64,000 bases of DNA, taken from Myxococcales bacterium. GTDB taxonomy: Bacteria > Myxococcota_A > Polyangia > Palsa-1104 > JAEUJZ01. The stretch spans positions 1 through 64,000 of the forward strand of contig JAEUJZ010000076.1 in the NCBI GenBank assembly GCA_016794505.1, read 5' to 3'. Below, piece after piece: positions 37,396 to 45,529 of the stretch; position 1 is the first letter of the stretch; each line of letters starts with the position of its first letter. The notes below the pieces were generated by a model, which had not been told where the DNA came from, did not search any database, and saw nothing but the letters and a program-made list of their open reading frames with translations. The position numbers were made by a program, and so were the translations under genes.

Positions 37396-37992
37396 TTAGC
37401 CGGGTCCCGTCTTTTTCGCGGGGGCCGCGGCCTTCACAAACGGGATAAAGCGCAGCGCCACGCCGTTGTTGCAGTAACGCAGCCCCGTCGGAGCCGGGCC
37501 GTCCTCAAAGACGTGGCCATGGTGCCCGCCACAGCGAGCGCAGTGATGTTCGGTTCGCACCATGCCCAGCGTCGAGTCGCGGGACAGGGAAAAGGCGCCA
37601 GGAATGGTCGTAAAAAAGCTGGGCCAGCCCGTGCCGCTGTCGAACTTCATCGCCGACGAAAAAAGCGGCAGACCACAGCCAGCGCAGACGAAAATCCCCG
37701 GCCGGTGCTCGTCGTTAAGAGGGCTCGATCCTGCGTACTCTGTGCCCTTCTGCCGCAGCACGCGATAGGCCTGGGGCGACAGTCGCTTCTTCCACTCGTC
37801 GTCTGAAAGCTGAAGCGGCGCGGCGCTTGTCGCGATGTCCGCGCCCTCGGTCAAAAGCGAGCGCCAGCCCTGTTGCAGCTCTTGCACCGTCACCGCAGCA
37901 CCTCCTTTTTCTGCGAACGCCGACCGGCGATCACAGGCCAGGCTCAAAAGTGGAAGCGAGATCAGACTCTGCAGCCAACTCCGTCGGTTCAT
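37396..37992 (-). CDS. msrB: Peptide-methionine (R)-S-oxide reductase MsrB, with a signal/Tat-like leader.
   Basis: GIFVCAGCGLPLF…GWPSF…RTEHHCARCGGHHGHVFEDGP…GLRYCNN. Confidence 0.9.
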   Translation of the reverse strand: MNRRSWLQSLISLPLLSLACDRRSAFAEKGGAAVTVQELQQGWRSLLTEGADIATSAAPLQLSDDEWKKRLSPQAYRVLRQKGTEYAGSSPLNDEHRPGIFVCAGCGLPLFSSAMKFDSGTGWPSFFTTIPGAFSLSRDSTLGMVRTEHHCARCGGHHGHVFEDGPAPTGLRYCNNGVALRFIPFVKAAAPAKKTGPG

Positions 37993-38098
37993 GGGGTCAT
38001 CCTTGTCCGAAGCTGAGCGCAGCTTCTTGTCTATGGAGTATGGATGCGATCCCGGCCCGCGGCGTTACATGAAACCCGATCTGCGTGATCTCCGTCGG

Positions 38099-39199
38099 CT
38101 ATCGAACGGCGGCGGCGTGCGCAGCAAACACGATATCCAAGCGCATGCTGCCCAGCAGACGATCGCGCAGCGCCGCGCCGCTTGATTCCCACAGCAGCGA
38201 ATACACCTGGGCACGGCGGACCTTGACTGGTCGCGACAGCGACAGAAGCGGGCTCTGCACGGCACGCAGCGCCGACAGCGTGTCCAGCGCCAGCAGCAGC
38301 GGCCAGCAGCAGGCCAAGCGCAGGCGCACCTGGGAAGGTGGAAGCGCTTGCACATACGGCCAGGCTTCCTGGCAGCGCGCCATGGCTCGATCGCACAGCG
38401 CCGTACTAACCGCGATCAGAGCCGAGCGCTCGTCGCTGGATGGCGCCTGCCCCTGCGCTAGCTCCGCCAGGCGGCGCGGCGAAAGACCGTGTGGCGCGAG
38501 CAGCTCCGTCGGCCAATAGCAGCGACCGATGCGCAGATCGGCCGCGACATCGCGCACGACATTCACAAGCTGAAGCGCGTTGCCCAGCGCCACTCCGCGC
38601 TGTCGCAAAACAGGCTCGCGCAGCGCAGCCAAGCTGGGCAGCCGTGCCGTCGTCAGATCCGTCCAAAACTCGCCGACGCAGCCCGCTGCGAAATAACAGT
38701 ACTCGTCGAGCTCAGCCAGCGTGGCCAGCGCCACCACCTGTTTGGCAGGCACGACACCATCGACGCAGGGAAAGCGCTCCAGATCCCGCGCCATTCCCTG
38801 CGCCAGCCGATCGAGGACCCAGCGAACCAAGCGCTGATCTTCGCTGGGCAGCGCAGCCAAAAGATCCAGGCACTCGGGCAAGCAAGACAGCAAGCGAGCC
38901 TCGGCCTGCGCGGTGGGGTTTTCGCCCGTCCCTTCGTCGGACACGCGCGCGTCCGCAAGCTGCTGAAACAAGGGCTCCCTGGCTGCGTCATCCCCCGCGG
39001 CGGCCTGCGACAGAAGTCGCAGCAGCGATAGCCGCTCGACCGCGGGCCCTATTTTTGTGTCAGCGATCGAGTCCGCCGCTCGCGCCAGCAGATACGCCAA
39101 ACCAATCGGATACTGAACGGAAGACGGCAACACGCGCACACTCAGATAGAACGAGCGCGAGACCTGCTTAAGCAGCGTACGCAGCGCGGAAGGCAGCAC
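38099..39199 (-). CDS. Squalene/phytoene-synthase-family enzyme (HpnC/HpnD-like).
   Basis: YCYFAAGCVGEFW and NALQLVNVVRDVAADLRIGRCYWP (trans-isoprenyl diphosphate synthase head-to-head family signatures). Confidence 0.75.
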   Translation of the reverse strand: MLPSALRTLLKQVSRSFYLSVRVLPSSVQYPIGLAYLLARAADSIADTKIGPAVERLSLLRLLSQAAAGDDAAREPLFQQLADARVSDEGTGENPTAQAEARLLSCLPECLDLLAALPSEDQRLVRWVLDRLAQGMARDLERFPCVDGVVPAKQVVALATLAELDEYCYFAAGCVGEFWTDLTTARLPSLAALREPVLRQRGVALGNALQLVNVVRDVAADLRIGRCYWPTELLAPHGLSPRRLAELAQGQAPSSDERSALIAVSTALCDRAMARCQEAWPYVQALPPSQVRLRLACCWPLLLALDTLSALRAVQSPLLSLSRPVKVRRAQVYSLLWESSGAALRDRLLGSMRLDIVFAAHAAAVR

Positions 39200-39262
39200 G
39201 GGGATTCAGAAAGGGAACGGGAAAGAAAGCCGGCAGGAGAGCGCGCGAACGAGACGCAGCGC

Positions 39263-40021
39263 TTACTTTGGCGCTGGGGCCGGCGGCGTGATTGCGCCCT
39301 TGGCCTTGGCCGCGGCCTCAAACTTCAGCGCCTCCAGCTCGGCCACTTGCGCTGGGCCGACGTACGGCTTGTTGGTGTCGTCGACCATCGTATAGAACAC
39401 GACCAGACCGTCGCTGGCCGAAAAGCCCTTGGGACTCGACTGCTGGAACATGCCCTCGAACGTGTACTGCTTGCCAAGGGTCAGCTTGGGATCTTTGACC
39501 TTGAACACGCGGTGCTCGACGACCAGCATCGCCTTGTCCTTGGCGGCGTTGGCCTCGTCGGCGACGAACATGTGCGGCTCTGAGCAGGGCTTGCAGGTCT
39601 GGTTCTTCGGGCAGACCGGGCACTGATAGATCTCAAGCAGATAGGCCTTCAGCTTGACCTTCTGCCCCAGGTACTTGTTCTTCTGCTCGCTGTAGCGGTG
39701 GAACTCTTTGCGCAGGCCGTATACCGACACCGTGCCGTCGGGGTACTCGCGCGGAATGTTCGGCTCGGCGAACGAAGGCGGCGGCGGCAGGTTCACCTTC
39801 AGCGACGGCAGCGCCGTGGCTCCGGGATCGTCGAGCAGCGAGCCGCCCGAGTTGTTGCAGCCCGCGCCCACAAGCCCCACCAGACCCACGGCACCCAGCA
39901 CGCCCACCAGGCTGCGGACCGCGCGATGCAAAAGCCGACCCCTTGCCTGGGACGATCTGCGGTAGCGTAGGCACCCCTCGCGATCCATCATTTCGACCCC
40001 GGCGACTGACGATGTGCTCAT
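39263..40021 (-). CDS. Hypothetical lipoprotein.
   Basis: Start at MSTSSV… Signal and lipobox LVGAGCNNSGG. The upstream part of the track ORF is R-rich and likely not coding. Confidence 0.45.
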   Translation of the reverse strand: MSTSSVAGVEMMDREGCLRYRRSSQARGRLLHRAVRSLVGVLGAVGLVGLVGAGCNNSGGSLLDDPGATALPSLKVNLPPPPSFAEPNIPREYPDGTVSVYGLRKEFHRYSEQKNKYLGQKVKLKAYLLEIYQCPVCPKNQTCKPCSEPHMFVADEANAAKDKAMLVVEHRVFKVKDPKLTLGKQYTFEGMFQQSSPKGFSASDGLVVFYTMVDDTNKPYVGPAQVAELEALKFEAAAKAKGAITPPAPAPK

Positions 40022-40116
40022 CTGCGAAAATCCTCTCGAAACAGGTATCACGGCACGCTCCCCCAACGCAACGAGAACTATCGAAGGGAACGCAACTTCG
40101 GCGAGGGAGCTGGCGC

Positions 40117-41847
40117 GTGTTCCGTGTGCTGAGCTGGCTCGTTTCATTCGTCGCTGTCTCGCCGCTTTGGGCCGCGACCGGCAGCGACAACACCCTGCGC
40201 GTGGCCATCGATGCCGAGCCGAGCCACCTAAACCCCATCCTGGACCCCGATCTGTGGGCTTACCGCATCGCACATGACCTTCTGTGCGAGCCGCTCGTGC
40301 GGCGGCGTTCGCCGCTTGTCGACGAAAACAGCGCTGCACGCCCGTCGACAAACCAGGTCTTAGCCCGCGAGTTCGAAGGCGTCCTTGCCGAGCGCTTCCG
40401 CGTCGATTCCGACGGACATGGGGTCGAATTCTGGCTGCGCGAGGCCCGCTTCCACGACGGCCGCACGCTGTCTGCGCACGATGTCCGCGCCACGCTCGAC
40501 ATGCTGCGCGCCTCGGCCGGACCGGCGCCGCGCACGCAGGCTCTGGTTGCTGACATCACCCGCATCACGGTCGAAGGACCCAGCCACTTGCGCATCGACG
40601 TGCGCCACAGCCCCGCCTTCGGCAGCGGGGGGCCAGCCGGTCCTCGCCGCCTGCTGTCTGCGCTTGCCGAGATCGACATCCTGCCGGCGGCTCACTTCCC
40701 CGGCGGTCGCTTGATTCACCAGCCGTTCAACCGCCGCCCCGTCTGCACCGGGCCCTTCAAGCTGTCCGAGTGGCGCCGCGGCAGCCAGATCGTGCTGCGC
40801 CGCCATGCAGGGTACTGGGGTCAAGCCGCGGCCTACGACGAGCTACGCTTCCGCATCGCACCCGACGGAGCCATGGGTCTTTCCTGGCTGCGACAAGGCG
40901 ATGTCGATCTGCTCGGCCGCGTCCCGCCGCGCTATCTGCAAGATCAGGTCGAGCCAGCCGTGCAGCGCGGTCGCTTTCACCGCTTGGATCTCGACGCCAA
41001 TCAGGTGGTGGTGCTCTTGCCGAATGCCCGTACGCCGCTGTTGTCGATGCCGCCGCTGCGACGAGCCATCGCGCAGATCGTCGACCGCGAGCGCGAGCGC
41101 TGGCTGCGCGAAGTGCGCAAAGGCCTGGGCGTGCCCCAACGTCTGCCCGTGCTGGACGCAGGAAGCGACGGCAGCAGTCCCACTCGCGAGGCCGGCAAAG
41201 ACCCAGGCAGCGCCACCGCCGTCGGCACCGCTGGCATCAGTCGCTTCCTTTCGACCGTCGGTCAGGCCGTCAGCATTGGCTCGCCCGAGGCACTTCTCGA
41301 CGCGGCGGGTCTGCTTCCCGCCCCCAGCCCAGCCGGCACTGCAGCGCCCAGCGGGCCGCGGGTCCGTCTGTATCAGGGCCGCCCGGTGCGCCTGCGCCTG
41401 CTGCTTCCGACGGGAACCAGCGAGCTTGCCGACATCGCGCGCCGCCTGGCCGACGCCATCGCCAAGGTCGGGCTGAAGCTAGACGTCGAGACCGCAGCCA
41501 TGCCGGACTTCCTGCTGCGGCTGCGACGCGGCGCCTTCGATCTGGCCCTGCTCGCGTGGTCCTGGACGGGCGAGCGCACAGCGCTTGATGTCGAGCCACT
41601 GCTCGCATACGCCCTGCCGGCCGGCCATCCCGCGCTGAACGAGCTAAGCAGCCTGCTCGCCAGCCTTCGTCACAACCCCGAGGGACGCGCCCTGACCCGC
41701 CTGGCCAGCCTGTGGCAGAGCGAGGCCCCCCTGCTGCTTCTGTATCGGCCGCGGCAGGTCCTTCTGCTCAGCCCGCAGCTTGCCCACGCCTCGCCGCAGC
41801 TTGCCTTGCAGAGCGACTTCCCCCACCTGCGTTTTCTGCGCAAATAA
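40117..41847 (+). CDS. ABC transporter substrate-binding protein, family 5 (oligopeptide/nickel-type SBP).
   Basis: GTG start followed by a signal peptide (FRVLSWLVSFVAVSPLWAA). SBP_bac_5-like N-terminal region (LRVAIDAEPSHLNPILD…). Confidence 0.65.
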   Translation: MFRVLSWLVSFVAVSPLWAATGSDNTLRVAIDAEPSHLNPILDPDLWAYRIAHDLLCEPLVRRRSPLVDENSAARPSTNQVLAREFEGVLAERFRVDSDGHGVEFWLREARFHDGRTLSAHDVRATLDMLRASAGPAPRTQALVADITRITVEGPSHLRIDVRHSPAFGSGGPAGPRRLLSALAEIDILPAAHFPGGRLIHQPFNRRPVCTGPFKLSEWRRGSQIVLRRHAGYWGQAAAYDELRFRIAPDGAMGLSWLRQGDVDLLGRVPPRYLQDQVEPAVQRGRFHRLDLDANQVVVLLPNARTPLLSMPPLRRAIAQIVDRERERWLREVRKGLGVPQRLPVLDAGSDGSSPTREAGKDPGSATAVGTAGISRFLSTVGQAVSIGSPEALLDAAGLLPAPSPAGTAAPSGPRVRLYQGRPVRLRLLLPTGTSELADIARRLADAIAKVGLKLDVETAAMPDFLLRLRRGAFDLALLAWSWTGERTALDVEPLLAYALPAGHPALNELSSLLASLRHNPEGRALTRLASLWQSEAPLLLLYRPRQVLLLSPQLAHASPQLALQSDFPHLRFLRK

Positions 41848-41975
41848 TATCCAATACGGCAAAGGCGTTTTAGATTGATCAAAAATATCAATATAAAATC
41901 ACATCGACAATTTATGTTTATTATTATAATTATCTAATACACAGCACCCTTTTTGCCTGTGTGAGCGACGGAGTG
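41848..41975. other. AT-rich pocket between convergent genes. It is a putative bidirectional terminator or a small repeat/MITE-like element.
   Basis: A tract of about 130 bp with very low GC (…gatcaaaaatatcaatataaaatcac…ttattattataattatctaatacacagcaccctttttgcc…). It shares the motif ta(a/t)tacacagcac and the string atcaaaaa(a)ta with the 45.45-45.53 kb pocket. Confidence 0.35.
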
Positions 41976-42572
41976 TTAGTTATGTTTGTTCCATAGGTTG
42001 TATACGTCATCGCGCATCGCCTGCGGCGCGACCCAAAACGTATAGCGGGTATGGCTGGCCAGGCCGTTCAGTCCAGCGCGGTAGTCTTTGACCTGCCCAT
42101 CTAGCTCGGGCTTCATGGCGCAGCCGGCATAGACCGCGTGGATATGGGGCGCCTCGCTGCTGGGCCAGCCGTCGAAGCCGGGCTTGCGATACCAGGCGGC
42201 GAAGCCCTGCTTGCCCAAGTCGGAAAGCAGCGTGCGGATCTGGCTTTCGCTGCGCCCGACGGTGCGGATGTCGACGGCAGCGGTGTACGGTTGGCCGTTT
42301 GCCGTCCCATCCTTGGCGTGATAGCCGGCCGACGCAGGGGCGCTGCCGATGGTCTGCGAGATCTGCGACGCGCTGACGCCGATGCAGCGCAGTCGATCCG
42401 ACGCGTCGGGATGCAGCCCCGACTTGAGCAGCGGCTTGCGCGGACAGGCCGCGCTGATCTCTAGGCTGCTGTCGTCAACGGGCTCGCCGGCAGAATCGGC
42501 AAGCTCAGCTCCGCCACAGCCGGCAGCCCCCCAAAAAAGACACAGACCCATCCACGAACGCAGGTTCTTCAT
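41976..42572 (-). CDS. Hypothetical secreted lipoprotein.
   Basis: MKNLRSWMGLCLFWGAAGCGG signal/lipobox. No recognised catalytic motif. Confidence 0.45.
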   Translation of the reverse strand: MKNLRSWMGLCLFWGAAGCGGAELADSAGEPVDDSSLEISAACPRKPLLKSGLHPDASDRLRCIGVSASQISQTIGSAPASAGYHAKDGTANGQPYTAAVDIRTVGRSESQIRTLLSDLGKQGFAAWYRKPGFDGWPSSEAPHIHAVYAGCAMKPELDGQVKDYRAGLNGLASHTRYTFWVAPQAMRDDVYNLWNKHN

Positions 42573-42750
42573 GCTCGCCATCGTTCGCAGGGAACGTGCC
42601 AGCGTGCGGCTCGCGCGATGCCGTCGGAACCCCGCGTCGTCCGGGCCGCCAGCCTGGGAGGCCATGCCCCAGGCGCGGGCTTAAGCCAGCAGCATGTCTG
42701 CCCCGCCCACACGCGATCGCAGCCGCACCGTGGCAGCCATATCCAAGCCG

Positions 42751-43683
42751 CTACAGCGACGGAGCGCTCGCGGATCCGGCCGCCGGCAGACCGACCGCCC
42801 CGCCCGACGTCGCCGTGGCAGCCTGCCCCATGATCTGCCGCGCCTCGGGAGAGCCAAGGATCTCGGCCTCAAGCGCTGGATACTCACGGAACTTCACCTG
42901 CCGTCGCAGGCCAATCAGCGTCTGCTGCGGCAACTTTTTCGACGCCAAGTTGGCGATCCAGTCCGGCAAGCTGCCGCCGGGGTTGGCGTGGACTTGATAC
43001 TCGACCTCGGTCGCCTGGCCGCCACGCACCGCGGTCAGAATCCAGTGCCCGCGAATGAACGGCATGCGCACCACCCCTTTGACCGGCGGGCCTTTGGGAT
43101 GCGCAATGCCCTCGAACGGCAGCACGACGCGACGGTTCTCGACGTCCAGGTGAATCTCGGCGCGGTTGATCGAGTCACGATCGGCCACCGGCCACGGAGC
43201 CTTGGTGCGGTGATACGCGATCTGCGTGCGCTTCTCGTGATTCTCTTCGATGACGTACGAGCTAGAGCAGTCCGACATCCACTCGGTGCGGTGCGGCGCG
43301 TCTTGCAGCACGGCGAGCACGCGCGGCAGCGCAGCATCGACGACTCCGCGGCCGCGAAATTCTTTCAAGTTGGACCCTGGAACCGTCCGTCGTTCGACCA
43401 AAATCCCGTCGCTGTTGCTGACTTTTTCCCACGGCCCAGCGACCTTGCCAGGCGGCGTGTCCGCCGACGTGCCCGGTGCTTTGTCCGCGACCTTGTCGCC
43501 GACCTTGGGTTCGCTTTTTTCCCGGCCGTCGGCGCTGACTGCCGCGGTCCCTCCGCTCTCGATCGCTGCACGGCTCGGGACGCTGCTGGCCTCTTCGCCG
43601 CGGGCATCGACCGCCAGCACCAACACGATCACGGCCACAGCCCAGCCGCACGCCCACGTCCCAACCAGCCTCCGTCCTGTCAT
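42751..43683 (-). CDS. Secreted START/Bet-v1-fold lipid-binding-domain protein.
   Basis: Signal peptide (MTGRRLVGTWACGWAVAVIVLVLA). The region ILVERRTVPGSNLKEFRGRGVVDAALPRVLAVL…WIANLASKKLPQQTLIGLRRQV is START-like. The ATGA overlap with the downstream methyltransferase gene suggests an operon. Confidence 0.55.
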   Translation of the reverse strand: MTGRRLVGTWACGWAVAVIVLVLAVDARGEEASSVPSRAAIESGGTAAVSADGREKSEPKVGDKVADKAPGTSADTPPGKVAGPWEKVSNSDGILVERRTVPGSNLKEFRGRGVVDAALPRVLAVLQDAPHRTEWMSDCSSSYVIEENHEKRTQIAYHRTKAPWPVADRDSINRAEIHLDVENRRVVLPFEGIAHPKGPPVKGVVRMPFIRGHWILTAVRGGQATEVEYQVHANPGGSLPDWIANLASKKLPQQTLIGLRRQVKFREYPALEAEILGSPEARQIMGQAATATSGGAVGLPAAGSASAPSL

Positions 43684-44318
43684 GACGTCTTCTCTCCGAT
43701 AAACAACACGTGTGGATGCAGATAGCCGGCATCCAGCGGCACCGCGTGCGGGCGCAGGCCCAGCGACGACAGCAGCGACAGCCACTCGGCTTCGCGGCGG
43801 AAATAAAACGAGTGCCCCTGGCTCAGGTGCAGGACGCGCACTGCGATAAGCTCTTGCGCTCGCGTCCACGCCGCTTTCCACGCCGGCCGCTCGCTGACTT
43901 CTTTGATGAGCAAGCGCCCACCCCGTCGCAGACGCGACACCGCGCGCTCAAGCAAGCGCCGCTGATCGTCGTAGGGCACCAGGTACAGCATGTCGACCAA
44001 GCTCAGCCAGTCACATTCGGGAATCTCGGTGTCTTGCGCCGAGCGACATGAAAACGCCACGTTGTGGATGTGGCTCTGCCGCGCGATGTCTTGCGCCAGC
44101 GCGATCTTTTTCTCGTCGGGATCGCTGCCGAACACCCGCAGCGCCGGCCGCTCGGTGGCCAAAAGAAACGGCAAGAGGCCATGCCCGCAGCCCAGATCGA
44201 CCGCCACCCCCGTCGTCGGGGCGTACGGCAAAAGAGCGGGAAAGGGAAACAAGCGCCAGCGTCCGTACACGTGAAAGCGCGTCCAGGCCGGCGCGCGGTC
44301 AAACAGGGCAGTGACCAT
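43680..44318 (-). CDS. Class I SAM-dependent methyltransferase.
   Basis: Motif I VDLGCGHGLL, and motif post-I/II context (RVFGSDPDEKKI…DWLSLVDMLYLV). Confidence 0.75.
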   Translation of the reverse strand: MVTALFDRAPAWTRFHVYGRWRLFPFPALLPYAPTTGVAVDLGCGHGLLPFLLATERPALRVFGSDPDEKKIALAQDIARQSHIHNVAFSCRSAQDTEIPECDWLSLVDMLYLVPYDDQRRLLERAVSRLRRGGRLLIKEVSERPAWKAAWTRAQELIAVRVLHLSQGHSFYFRREAEWLSLLSSLGLRPHAVPLDAGYLHPHVLFIGEKTS

Positions 44319-44528
44319 GGCCCTTTCCTAGCACAACGAGCCGCTCGCCAAAGCGGGCATCTGCGGTGTAGCGTGCCGCCGTGCTGCGCTGGCTGAAAAT
44401 CGCAGGCGACTATGCCCTGGTGGTGCTGACCTTGATCGCCAATGGTCTTTTACGCCCACCCCCGCAGCGACGATCCAAGCCGGCGAGCCAGCCCGGCCCG
44501 CAAGCGTGAGACCGAGGCAAGACCGACG

Positions 44529-45452
44529 ATGTGGACCCGCCTTCTGCCCGCGCTGCGCATCGTGCCGCGCCACGTGAAGTGGCGAGTGGCGCGCATCGTC
44601 GCGACGCTGATCGTCCTTGCCAGCGCCGCGCTCGCTGCGCTGTGGCATGGGCTGCCGCCGTCGCTGGCATCGCTGCGTCTGCCGCTTGCGATCTGCGGGC
44701 TGCTTTGGGCCGCGTACGCGCTGTGGTGTCTGTGGCCGCGACTGCGTCTGGGCATCGCACCCGAGCTTTTGGCCGATCTGCCCTGCCCCACCGGCCAGCG
44801 CGTGCGGCTGAGCTTCGACGACGGGCCAACCCCCGCGTTGACCGATCGCGTGCTGGACCTGCTTTTCGAACACGGCGTGCAAGCGGCGTTCTTTGTGCTG
44901 ACACACAAGGCTCGCCGCTGTCCCGATTTGGTGCGCCGCATCGTCGCAGAAGGCCACATCCTGGGGCTGCACGGCGAAGACCACCGCACCGCGCTCTTCC
45001 GTTCGCAAAGGGAACTTCGGGCCAGCCTGGCGCGAGCGCGCGACGAGCTCTCGGCGCTCAGTGGCCAGCCGATCTCGCTGTACCGCCCCAGCCACGGCTG
45101 GAAGAACCGCGCGCTGCTGTCGGCGCTGCGTCGCTGCGGCCTGCGCCTGGTGTTCTGGGATCACGGCGTCTGGGATACCGATGCGCCCCCCGTCGATGTC
45201 TTGCTAAAGCGCCTGCAGCTTGCGACGCCAGCCCCCGGCGAGGCGGGCCCGGCACCTGTGATCCTGCTTCACGATGGCCGCGATGATCGGACGACGCTGC
45301 CCAGCCATTCCCCGGCGCTGCTGGCCGCGCTTTCTGCATGGCTGCCCAGCCTGAACGCCCAGCCACCACGCAAGCCGCCGCAGCCCCAAACCAGCGACGA
45401 GGTTCGCGTAATGGCCAAAGAAGGATTCAATCAAAAAATAATTAATCCATGA
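44529..45452 (+). CDS. Polysaccharide deacetylase (NodB-homology, CE4) with an N-terminal membrane anchor.
   Basis: RVRLSFDDGP (Asp-Asp motif), HG..H (HILGLHGEDH), LLHDG. Confidence 0.75.
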   Translation: MWTRLLPALRIVPRHVKWRVARIVATLIVLASAALAALWHGLPPSLASLRLPLAICGLLWAAYALWCLWPRLRLGIAPELLADLPCPTGQRVRLSFDDGPTPALTDRVLDLLFEHGVQAAFFVLTHKARRCPDLVRRIVAEGHILGLHGEDHRTALFRSQRELRASLARARDELSALSGQPISLYRPSHGWKNRALLSALRRCGLRLVFWDHGVWDTDAPPVDVLLKRLQLATPAPGEAGPAPVILLHDGRDDRTTLPSHSPALLAALSAWLPSLNAQPPRKPPQPQTSDEVRVMAKEGFNQKIINP

Positions 45453-45529
45453 TAATATACACAGCACAGCAATGCGCGATAAATACTTTATTTATCATTA
45501 ATTTATTGGCAAATTACTCTGACCAGCAG
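45453..45529. other. AT-rich pocket between convergent genes, sharing a motif with the 41.85-41.98 kb pocket.
   Basis: …aatcaaaaaataattaatccatgataatatacacagcacagcaatgcgcgataaatactttatttatcattaatttattggc… It contains tatacacagcac. Confidence 0.35.

Noticed and set aside
44328-45286. Minus and plus shadow ORFs (44328-45164 -, 44531-45286 +) overlapping the polysaccharide deacetylase.
   Set aside because: They are off-frame or antisense with Arg-rich composition. The 44529-45452 frame carries the NodB motifs.
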